Origin: Armatimonadota bacterium
GTDB lineage: Bacteria > Armatimonadota > Armatimonadia > Armatimonadales > Armatimonadaceae
Assembly: GCA_043754515.1 (NCBI GenBank)
Contig: JAYUUO010000077.1
Location: 1 to 15,134 of the forward strand
Length of the DNA stretch: 15,134 nucleotides
Direction of reading: 5' to 3'
Part shown: positions 7,894-15,134 of the stretch, one piece after another
Layout: each line of letters starts with the position of its first letter
How positions within the stretch are numbered: position 1 is the stretch's first letter
Translations under genes and position numbers: made by a program
Notes under the pieces: generated by a model
Told to the model about the DNA's origin: nothing
The model's database searches: none
The model's input: only the letters and a program-made list of their open reading frames with translations

Positions 7894-8724
7894 ATGCCGT
7901 TACCGTTCCGCCTCGCCGCCGTTGATCTTGATGACACTCTGCTCGGGCCTGACAAAGAGGTCAGCCGCGCCAACTATCTCGCCGTGCATCGCCTCGTGGA
8001 CGCGGGCGTGCAGGTCGTTCTAGCATCGGGACGGCGGCACGAGAACATGCGCCGCTTTTATAAGGAACTCGACCTGTTGGGCGGCTGGATCGTCTCGTGC
8101 AATGGGGCGATGGCGCGCAACGAGATCACGGATGAGACGATCTACGAGAAGCTATTGCCGCAACATCTGGTCGGCCCGATCCTCGGGGACGGCGAGCGGT
8201 TCGGCGTGACGCAGAACTTCTACCACCGGGACGGTGGTTTGCTCGTGAACGCCACCAACGAATGGACGGAAATCTACAAGACGCGCACGAAGTCCGAGGT
8301 TCAGCCGGTAGAAAATATCCTCGCCTACTCTAATCAGCCCGCGCTGAAGATAATATGGGTGACATCGGAGGAGAACGCGCTTGTGCTGGGGAAGACGATG
8401 TTCGACGCCTATGGCACGGACGAACTGCACATCGTGATCACCGACCCGGAGTACCTGGAGTTCATGGCGCAGGGGGTGAATAAGGCCACGGGGCTTGAGT
8501 ATGTCGCCGAACGTCTGGGGATCGCTTCCGCCGAGTGCGTGGCGTTCGGCGACGGCAACAACGACGTTGAAATGCTGGTCTGGGCGGGACTCGGGATCGC
8601 GATGCCGCACGCGCGGAAAGCGGCGCGGGAGGCGGCCAATATAGTGGCAACCGATGGCGATCCGGAAACGGCGTTCGCCCGCGCCGTCGACACGCTGTTC
8701 GCATCGCCAACGGGGGGGTTGTAG
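7894..8724 (+). CDS. Cof-type HAD-IIB hydrolase
   Basis: DLDDTLL, ASGR, NGA, GVNK and FGDGNND motifs; TACAAT at 7865-7870 upstream. Confidence 0.93.
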   Translation: MPLPFRLAAVDLDDTLLGPDKEVSRANYLAVHRLVDAGVQVVLASGRRHENMRRFYKELDLLGGWIVSCNGAMARNEITDETIYEKLLPQHLVGPILGDGERFGVTQNFYHRDGGLLVNATNEWTEIYKTRTKSEVQPVENILAYSNQPALKIIWVTSEENALVLGKTMFDAYGTDELHIVITDPEYLEFMAQGVNKATGLEYVAERLGIASAECVAFGDGNNDVEMLVWAGLGIAMPHARKAAREAANIVATDGDPETAFARAVDTLFASPTGGL

Positions 8725-8727
8725 AAA

Positions 8728-9387
8728 ATGGCCTACTCCGACTTCACGCTGGATAAGGTACTGCGGCAGTTCGCGGTGCGGTATGCGGCGCGGGAACTGT
8801 TCCCCGATCTGCGACCGGCGGTCGCCCCTGAGTGGCTGGCGGCGACCCTTGCGCGGGGGCGTCAGACAGCGACGACTTCGGAGAAGGCGCGGTCGGAGTT
8901 TATCGTGACGCCGATCCTGCTCGCGGCCAAGGAGCTAGCGGGCGGCACGGTCGCGCTTTTCAGCGGGGAGCGGCTGACGGTGGACCGGGATTCCGGGCTG
9001 GACGGCGAGTGTGATTACCTGTTGTCCCTGATCACGCGCGATTTCCCGGTGCTTCAGGTGATCCAGAAGCCGGTGCTCTGCATGGTTAAGGCGAAGAAGA
9101 ACGACATCGAGTCAGGGCTCGGACAGTGCGCGGCGCAGATGGTCGCGGCGCAACGCTGGAACGCGGGCGAGGAAGCGGGGCACAACGCGGGCGAGGATGG
9201 GAGACGCGAGGTGATACACGGTTGCGTGACCACCGGCGAGACGTGGCAGTTTCTACGGCTCGACGCGGCGAACGAGCTGACGCTCGACGAACGCCGCTTG
9301 TACCTGAGCGATCTACCCGCCGTTCTCGCCGCGCTCCTCGCGGCGTGCGGCATTGTTCACCCGCGTGGCGCAACTTCTGGCGTGTAA
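8728..9387 (+). CDS. PD-(D/E)xK nuclease-like protein, paralog of 5835..6464, with E->K in the ExK motif
   Basis: MAYSDFTL, SEKARSE..V.PIL, G.CDY, MVKAKK (paralog has VEAKK), QC.AQM and GCVTTG..WQF. Overlaps the convergent glycosyltransferase by 31 nt. Confidence 0.8.
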   Translation: MAYSDFTLDKVLRQFAVRYAARELFPDLRPAVAPEWLAATLARGRQTATTSEKARSEFIVTPILLAAKELAGGTVALFSGERLTVDRDSGLDGECDYLLSLITRDFPVLQVIQKPVLCMVKAKKNDIESGLGQCAAQMVAAQRWNAGEEAGHNAGEDGRREVIHGCVTTGETWQFLRLDAANELTLDERRLYLSDLPAVLAALLAACGIVHPRGATSGV

Positions 9388-10568
9388 ACGCGGCCCTTCC
9401 AAGCGTGCCCTTTTCCCGAAATCGCGAGGTACGCCGAGTTCCAAGCGATGGCGATCACGATCAGCCACCCGACCGGATGCGTGAGTACCGCCCACCACGC
9501 CTGCCGGAACCGGAACGTCAGCGCGAGACGGATGCACAGCGCGACGCCGACATGCGCGAGCGGGAACCAGAACACGGCGGGTGCGCGATTCCCGCTCGCG
9601 AGTGCCGTGCCCAAGAACAGAAACGGGAACACCTGCGTCAACAGTAAGAACAGACTCCACACGGTGACGACCGGCACGGAGTTGCCCATCGCCGAAAAGA
9701 CGTTCTTGCTGAACCCATCCCACACCTCGCGGAAGCCGCTATACATGCGCACGCCGTAGGTGGTGGAACCGTCGCCGTAGACTAGTTTCCTGCCCTGCCG
9801 TTTGACATTCTGGGCGAACCTAATATCCTCCGCCATTTCGCTCTTGACCGGCTCGTGCCCGCCGAGTTCCGCGTAGGTGGTCGCGGGGAGCAGGATAAAC
9901 GCGCCGTTCGCGGCGGCGAAGGCGGGATTAGGAGACGCATAGACGTTACGCACGGGGAGCGTGGCGAATACGAGCATGTACTGGAGCGGGATTACGACGT
10001 GCTCCCAAAACGACCCGCACCCGAGGTACGGCATCAGCGACAGAACATCCGCCCCGGTCTCCACGCGCAGGCTGACAGCGCGGCGGAGCGCGCCGGGGTA
10101 GAAAACGCAGTCCGCGTCGGTCAGCAGAAGCACGTCGCCGGTAGCCACGGCGGACAGTTGCCGCAGGGCGTTCGGCTTGCCCTTCCAGCCGGGGAGCAGT
10201 TCGCCGCCCCCGATCAGCCGCACGCGGGGATCGGTCGCCGCGATTTCCGAGATGATCCGCCCCGTGGCGTCGTCGGAGCGGTCGTCGAGCACCAGGATTT
10301 CGAGAGTGCCGGAGTATTCCTGCGACCGGAGTGACTCCACGCACGCGGCGATAACCGCCTCCTCGTTGCGCGCCGGGATCAGCACGGAGAGGGACTGAGT
10401 TGTCGCCGGTGCCCCGCTCCATTCGCCCGGCCGCCGGAAGGCGAACCAGTCCCCCGCCGCGTTGACAAGCGAGTAGAGCACGAATACGCTGACGAAGATC
10501 TGATAGACGAGCAGTGGCGTGACGTTCTCGCGCGCGAAGCGGAGCAGGGAGGCAAAGTCAGTCGGCAT
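9357..10568 (-). CDS. GT2 glycosyltransferase, carotenoid glycosyltransferase-like (CruC/CrtQ type)
   Basis: IPARNEE, LDDRSDD, GWKGK, DAD, ANGAF and AED motifs, with N- and C-terminal TM helices; adjacent to crtC. Confidence 0.85.
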   Translation of the reverse strand: MPTDFASLLRFARENVTPLLVYQIFVSVFVLYSLVNAAGDWFAFRRPGEWSGAPATTQSLSVLIPARNEEAVIAACVESLRSQEYSGTLEILVLDDRSDDATGRIISEIAATDPRVRLIGGGELLPGWKGKPNALRQLSAVATGDVLLLTDADCVFYPGALRRAVSLRVETGADVLSLMPYLGCGSFWEHVVIPLQYMLVFATLPVRNVYASPNPAFAAANGAFILLPATTYAELGGHEPVKSEMAEDIRFAQNVKRQGRKLVYGDGSTTYGVRMYSGFREVWDGFSKNVFSAMGNSVPVVTVWSLFLLLTQVFPFLFLGTALASGNRAPAVFWFPLAHVGVALCIRLALTFRFRQAWWAVLTHPVGWLIVIAIAWNSAYLAISGKGHAWKGRVYTPEVAPRG

Positions 10569-10572
10569 ATCG

Positions 10573-10585
10573 GGTACAGTGTACC
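10573..10585. promoter_or_regulatory. Quasi-palindromic candidate bidirectional promoter/operator
   Basis: GGTAC-AGT-GTACC in a 23-bp divergent intergenic gap; reads TACAGT on plus (10575-10580) and TACACT on minus (10583-10578). Confidence 0.5.
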
Positions 10586-10591
10586 TGCCCT

Positions 10592-11686
10592 ATGCGAATC
10601 CTGTTCGGCCCCGAAAACGACGGCTTGCACATCAACCCCCATGAGCCAAACGGTTACGAGTGGTGGTACTTCGACGCAATTTCAGATGACGACCGGTACG
10701 TACTGGTGGTGATCTACTTCCTCGGCACGCCGATGTCGCCCTACTACAAGGCAGTCGCTGACGGGAAGAACCCGATCCCGAAGGACTGGTGCGGCGTGTT
10801 CGTTTCAGTCCACGAGCGCGTGGGGAGCGGCTATCGGGAAGTTGCCTACGCGTACAATCTGTATACGGACGAGGTTGACGACACGAACTACTTCCGTGAC
10901 AAGCCCGTCGGTATCCGGCTGGGTGGGACCACGCTCGACGCAACCTACTCGCATAACGGGCGGCGGTTCACGCACGGCTGGCAGCTCGCACTAAACGAGC
11001 GCAACCTGTGGTTCGGTACCACGAAGGCGAGTCTCCAGTTCGTCATGCCCGCGTTACTGGACGGCCGACCGGCTATCGAGTCGGGCGACGCGTGTCATAC
11101 CTGGGTATGCGTCGCGCCCGACTGCGACGTCACTGGAGACATATCGCTCGGAGGGAGGGTCATCCGGTTCGTCGGGCGCGGTTACCACGACCACAATTTC
11201 GGGCGGTTGCCGTGGAGCGGTGTCGGCTCCTGGACGTGGAACCGGGTACACCTCCACTCCTCGGACGACCGACGGCGCACGCTGATCGAGTACAACACCG
11301 ATTATATATCGGCCTCGGGGGAGCGAGCGCGGAGGGATACGAATACAGAACTGGTCCGCCTTCTAGTGGAGGGTAGCACCGTCCAACAGTCAGGTCACGC
11401 GTCGAGTTTCGGGGGGACGGGGGCGAGCCAGGTCGAGGGAGCGGGAGACGGCCTCCCTCACACCGAAAGCCGATTTATGGGCGCGGAAGCGACGCTACAG
11501 CGCAGCCCCTTCTACCGCCGCGTGCTGACGGCCAATAGCGCGTCTATGGCGGGAGCGAAGTCGGGCGATCAACCACCGGCATGGGAGGGGGGAGGGGTCG
11601 GCCTCGGCGAAGCGTTCGACCCGGCGCGGCTGTGCGGCCCGATCATCTCGCGTATGATGTGGACGCGAATCCGGCGGCGTTCGTAG
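10592..11686 (+). CDS. crtC: Carotenoid 1,2-hydratase (CrtC family)
   Basis: GYEWWYFDAISDD, G.PMSPYY, GYHDHNFG and SPFY.R motifs characteristic of CrtC. Confidence 0.8.
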   Translation: MRILFGPENDGLHINPHEPNGYEWWYFDAISDDDRYVLVVIYFLGTPMSPYYKAVADGKNPIPKDWCGVFVSVHERVGSGYREVAYAYNLYTDEVDDTNYFRDKPVGIRLGGTTLDATYSHNGRRFTHGWQLALNERNLWFGTTKASLQFVMPALLDGRPAIESGDACHTWVCVAPDCDVTGDISLGGRVIRFVGRGYHDHNFGRLPWSGVGSWTWNRVHLHSSDDRRRTLIEYNTDYISASGERARRDTNTELVRLLVEGSTVQQSGHASSFGGTGASQVEGAGDGLPHTESRFMGAEATLQRSPFYRRVLTANSASMAGAKSGDQPPAWEGGGVGLGEAFDPARLCGPIISRMMWTRIRRRS

Positions 11687-11810
11687 GGGCGAGGTGCCGG
11701 GCGTGGGCGGCGCAGGTCTCCAGGGGCGAGCCGTTCCGGTAGGTCGCGCGTCCCGCACGGGCGATACTTTGTGCCGGGGCTTGCATAGGTCGGGGGATCC
11801 GACTCCAATA

Positions 11811-12445
11811 TCAGGCAGATACGCGGTAACGGTGCGCATTCAGTTTGTTCAGAATGTTGTTCACGTGCGTTTTCACCGTCCCCTCCGTGATGAACAGGGA
11901 GACGCCGATCTGGTGATTCGTCTTGCCGGTGGCGATCAGCTGAAGCACTTCGCTCTCGCGCACGGTTAGCTCGTTGCCGTTCATTCGCTCGATCAGTTTC
12001 GCCGCGATTGCCGGGGGATACGCATTTACCCCGCGCTGACCGTGATGATCGCCTCATATAGATCGTCCGCCGAGGCGTATTTCAGGCAGTATCCCCGCGC
12101 ACCCGCCTGGAGGCTACGGTATATGTACTCGTCGCCGTCAAACGAGGTGAGGACGAGGATACGCGCCGCTACGTTCAGAGCACGGATGGCCGCTATCGCC
12201 CCCAGCCCATCCATAACCGGCATGCGCAGGTCCATTAAAACAACGTCTGGGCAGTGCTCGCGGAACAGTTTCACCGCCTCCTGGCCGTTCGTCGCCTCCC
12301 CCACGACTTTCATGAGCGCGTCGCGACTGATCAACGACACCAGACCGGTCCGCACCAGGAAATGATCGTCCGCGATCAGAACGCGTATGACGTTGCCTTC
12401 CGGAGCGGTTCCGCCGGGATGAATATTGTTTTCCTTCTGGAGCAT
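11811..12445 (-). pseudogene. NarL/LuxR-family response regulator, disrupted
   Basis: Intact REC domain (IADDH, DVVLMDLRMP, YCLK), then TAA at 12028-12026. The HTH (PPAIAAKL..ELTVRESEVL..TVKTHVNNILNKL) continues in another frame and lacks its last helix. Confidence 0.88.
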
Positions 12446-12513
12446 GAGAAACGAACCTTCTCTTGATCTGGTGTTGAGCGGATGCGGGGGGGGACGTCGA
12501 GGGCGACACGCCT

Positions 12514-12802
12514 TCATCTCTCGAGGATCGGTATGGACGCGCGAACGTGGATGCCCTTTCCGGGATGACTGAGGATGGTGGATTTACCCTGCAATGCTTC
12601 CACTCGCTCGCGCATACCGACCAACCCGAAGCCGCGATCGGCCGCGACGGGTTCCGCCCGGTCGAAACCCCGTCCGTTGTCGGTCACGGCGATCTTGAGT
12701 TCGCTACCTTCGAAGGTGAACACGATCTTCGCCCGCGAAGCGTCCGCGTGGCGGACGATGTTCGACAGCGTCTCCGTCAGAAGGTGATGCATGGCGTATC
12801 TA
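12514..12802 (-). pseudogene. C-terminal HATPase fragment of a NarX/DesK-type sensor kinase
   Basis: E.LSNIVRHA, DNGRGF and GFGLVGMRERV boxes. The upstream part is replaced by IS630 sequence at about the TA at 12801-12802. Confidence 0.85.
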
Positions 12803-13106
12803 ACTGAAGTTGTAAAAAAGCGACAAACGGTTTGGCATGAAAGCCTATTCGCTTGATCTACGCGAACGGATTGTGGCTTGTGTTCAACAAGGACACAACT
12901 ACAGCGAAACGGCGGAACGTTTCGGCGTCTCGATTCCGACGGTCTCGCGTTACATAGAGCGTTTCGTTCAAACCGCCTCGCTTGCTCCCGGTACTGCTCC
13001 GGGAGCCAGAGCACGCATCACCCCGGAAATATGGCAAGCCTTAGAAAAGCGTGCCCAAGAAATGCCCAACACGACTCTCGCCGACCACCAAGCATGGCTT
13101 AAAGAG
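12803..13106 (+). mobile_element. IS630-family element, left fragment
   Basis: Begins after a TA dinucleotide and encodes the typical IS630 N-terminus; cut by the IS1 inverted repeat at 13107. Left boundary approximate. Confidence 0.75.
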
Positions 13107-13118
13107 GGAAGTGACTAA
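12837..13118 (+). pseudogene. IS630 transposase N-terminal HTH, truncated
   Basis: MKAYSLDLRERIV...AERFGVS..TV.R...P.TTLA; the stop lies within the IS1 IR and no DDE domain follows. Confidence 0.85.
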
Positions 13119-13342
13119 ATTGCAGTGATAAAATCTCGCGGATTCTGCTGCAACTTGGGGAGCTGGCGGTGGAAGCGTTGCCGCCGGTTCCACCCCAACA
13201 CGAACAGGTCCACCGACCGACTTAACGCCTCTATAACTCCGCTAGAAACAACGACTGCGCCGCGCCAACCGCGCCAGAAGCAGCGGCTCTTGCGCGCGAG
13301 CCGCGCCAGATAATGCCTCCGTTCCGCGTTGTCCCCTGCCAC

Positions 13343-13366
13343 CCGGCGAAAACTGCGTTTTGCCTG
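13343..13366 (-). repeat. 24-nt in-frame hairpin insertion
   Basis: Coding strand ca-GGC-AAAAC-gca-GTTTT-c-GCC-gg; adds 8 residues between TY and the V(E/A)GDN motif. Boundaries can slide by a few nt. Confidence 0.6.
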
Positions 13367-13534
13367 CCTGTATGTCGCCCGCTTCTTCGGCAGGCTCTGA
13401 TGCGCACCTGGATAACAGATCGTGTCATACAAATTGAACACGTCGTTGAAGCACTGTTTCGCGGAGGGCATCACATGCCAGACCATTTCCCGCAGGTCGT
13501 CCTCGGTGCGATGCATCACGACGCAGTGGGCGAC

Positions 13535-13564
13535 GCAGAGAGATCGCCTCGGGCGATCTTCGCG
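13535..13564 (-). repeat. 30-nt in-frame hairpin insertion
   Basis: Coding strand cgc-GA-AGATCGCC-cga-GGCGATCT-c-TC-tgc; adds REDRPRRSLC inside TRCI/VAH. Confidence 0.6.
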
Positions 13565-13607
13565 GATGCAACGGGTTCGCCTCTCGACCCACGTCATAAT
13601 ATACGCC

Positions 13608-14024
13608 TCATCTTTTTTTGTCCCCGATGAATGTGAACAATTCATCGCCCTCCACTACTTCTAAACTCGCTCCCCCGGTGCGCTCGTCGCGCGGCTGGGA
13701 CTGGTACGCGCTGACCGCCCCGTTTTCGTGGGGGAAGCCCTCCTCCTTCTTGGCCGCGTCGTGATATTCTTTGACCCAGTTGACGACGCTCTGATGGTTG
13801 ACACCCAGGTGACGGCCGACGCGGCGGAAGTTCGTGCCGTCCAGGTACATGCGCACGGCGCACAGTCGCATCTCGGGCGAGTACCCTCTGATCTTTCTGA
13901 CGAGGGCGTAACTACGCTTGCAGTCCTGGCATTTGAAGCGCGGAACACCGCCGCCCGGAGCCGTGCCGTTCTTGACCTGGTGCTCCTCCGCGCCACAACG
14001 GGGGCATTTTAGAAGGCTTGACAT
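13608..14024 (-). CDS. IS1-family transposase N-terminal frame (InsA-like: zinc ribbon + HTH)
   Basis: CPRC...CQDC, HTH (FRRVGRHLGVNHQSVVNWV), GDELFTF, then an A7 run (13613-13619) linking to the -1 frame. Promoter TGaTAGAAT 9 nt upstream. Confidence 0.85.
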   Translation of the reverse strand: MSSLLKCPRCGAEEHQVKNGTAPGGGVPRFKCQDCKRSYALVRKIRGYSPEMRLCAVRMYLDGTNFRRVGRHLGVNHQSVVNWVKEYHDAAKKEEGFPHENGAVSAYQSQPRDERTGGASLEVVEGDELFTFIGDKKR

Positions 14025-14174
14025 CGTGATGACATTCTATCACTGCAATTTAGTCACTTCTCCGGAAAACTAAATATAGATATAACTAAACCCGAATCTT
14101 GAGTTGAAACAAGTCGGTCATCCCGATGTAGAATGAAGTCGCCAAACTTTAGCCCTACAAAAGGATGACATCCC

Positions 14175-15134
14175 ATGCTCAGTATACAGAATCCCACCGC
14201 CAAAGCGGTACGCTCCCTCGTGGCTTCGCATTTCCCCGTGTCGGCACCGTTACCACCGTTGGTGCCAAAAGCGGCGGGGCGAGACTTGCAAAGCATCATT
14301 CACCAGATGACCGTGCTGTTCAGTACCATAGACGACTTTCTCAAAGGGCAGGCGACTTGGACTCACTGGCGACGCTCCCCCAATAACAAACCACGCTTCA
14401 CCGACGCGGAGGTACTTACCGTCGGACTCTTGCAAAGCTGCCTCAAAGTCGCCACCCTTAAACACGCTCACCGGATCGTCGCCACCGACTTCCTAACGGC
14501 TTTCCCCGCCCTGCCTTCCTACGCCCAGTTCATGGCACGGCTTCATCTCTTACAACCTATCGTTGGTCGCTTAATACAGCAGATATTGCCCGACTTCGAT
14601 GGCGACGTTTACTTGATGGATGATCGGAAACCGCGGCGGTTTGCCGAGAGCAAGCCGATCCCCGTCTGCAAGCCGATCCGGCACGGGCGGGTGCGTCTGC
14701 TCAGGGAGGACGGCGCATATTTCGGAAGAAACAGCTGTGGCTGGTATTTCGGATTCAAGTTGCACGTCATCGCCCACCGGAGCGGCACGATTTTTTGCGC
14801 TTTTCTTACGTCTGCTAACACCCCCGACCGAGATGCGGCGTTGGCACTAGCCCAAGCGGCCGATGGCGGCATCCTGCTCGCGGACAAAGCCTATCGGGGC
14901 AAAGAGTTGGAGACGCTTTTTGATGAGCAAGCCGATTTGTTGCTGATAACCCCTGGAAACCGCGGCGATGCGAACCGCGCTTTGATCAGTGGTTTACGCG
15001 AGCGGATCGAGACCACGTTCAGCCAGTTGTACGAGCGGTTTATCGACCGCGTGTATTCGCGCTCATTTCATGGACTATGGAACACGGTCAAGCTCAAGAT
15101 ACTGCACCTAAATTTCTGTCACGCGGGGTTGCTG
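14175..15134 (+). CDS. IS982-family DDE transposase (open to the window end; absent from the ORF track because there is no stop)
   Basis: Hand translation: IDDFL, FTDAEVLT, FPALPSY.QF..RL, YLMD[DRKPRRFAE]SKPIPVC, GWYFGFKLH, LADKAY, RERIETTFSQL. Start could be 14175 (ATG) or 14286 (TTG). Confidence 0.85.
   Translation, partial: MLSIQNPTAKAVRSLVASHFPVSAPLPPLVPKAAGRDLQSIIHQMTVLFSTIDDFLKGQATWTHWRRSPNNKPRFTDAEVLTVGLLQSCLKVATLKHAHRIVATDFLTAFPALPSYAQFMARLHLLQPIVGRLIQQILPDFDGDVYLMDDRKPRRFAESKPIPVCKPIRHGRVRLLREDGAYFGRNSCGWYFGFKLHVIAHRSGTIFCAFLTSANTPDRDAALALAQAADGGILLADKAYRGKELETLFDEQADLLLITPGNRGDANRALISGLRERIETTFSQLYERFIDRVYSRSFHGLWNTVKLKILHLNFCHAGLL
14622..14648 (+). repeat. 27-nt in-frame hairpin insertion
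   Basis: ga-TCGG-AAACCG-cgg-CGGTTT-g-CCGA-g splits the conserved D-S of YLMDSKPIPVC. Confidence 0.72.

Larger units (their letters stand above)
13115..13620 (-). pseudogene. IS1-family transposase C-terminal frame (InsB-like), open but carrying insertions and an apparent catalytic E->A
   Basis: KKDEAYIMTWVERRTRCI...VAGDNAE.RHYLARLARKSRCF. It contains two hairpin insertions and a 32-nt diverged duplication, and has VAG where VEG is expected. Confidence 0.75.
13107..14061 (-). mobile_element. IS1-family insertion sequence (about 955 bp), probably inactive
   Basis: 23-bp perfect terminal IR GAAGTGACTAAATTGCAGTGATA at 13108-13130 and 14038-14060; the left end matches GGnnnTG. No target-site duplication visible. 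Confidence 0.9.
14090..15134 (+). mobile_element. IS982-family insertion sequence (right end outside the window)
   Basis: Left end ACCCGAAT..., typical of IS982 termini, followed by the transposase frame. Confidence 0.85.

Noticed and set aside
364..12509. Numerous overlapping antisense and alternate-frame ORFs in the track
   Set aside because: Shadow ORFs typical of high-GC DNA; they overlap well-supported genes and carry no recognisable motifs.
12803..13014. 5' part of the 166-aa minus ORF 12514..13014
   Set aside because: It is antisense read-through of IS630, not kinase sequence.
14165..14386. 73-aa ORF as the IS982 gene
   Set aside because: Wrong frame; the transposase motifs are in the frame starting at 14175.
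245..15134. cas genes or a CRISPR-linked effector operon
   Set aside because: No Cas motifs were recognised. The HEPN and PD-(D/E)xK genes are 5-9 kb from the array, lack CARF/SAVED domains and cannot be tied to it from this window.

Overview
GC-rich bacterial window; a tentative guess is an Armatimonadota-like genome, inferred only from gene content such as the bacterial Clp1 kinase. From left to right: the leader-proximal end of a class 1 CRISPR array (30-bp repeat, probably transcribed on the minus strand, no cas genes in the window); a minus-strand run of Clp1-family polynucleotide kinase, site-2 protease/CBS and radA; a small membrane protein; two HEPN-family remnants on opposite strands; two PD-(D/E)xK nuclease-like paralogs; an alpha/beta hydrolase; a Cof-type HAD phosphatase; a divergent carotenoid glycosyltransferase/crtC pair; a decayed NarL-type two-component pair; and a nested IS630/IS1/IS982 cluster. 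The most unusual signal is three sequence-unrelated, in-frame 24-30 nt hairpin insertions in two different transposase families. All three share one architecture (3-nt loop, single bulged base on the coding-strand 3' arm), and one sits directly after a catalytic Asp codon. Second, two CRISPR spacers overlap end to end by 11 nt, tiling one target and exposing a candidate CCG PAM. All family assignments come from motif recognition by eye; no searches were run.
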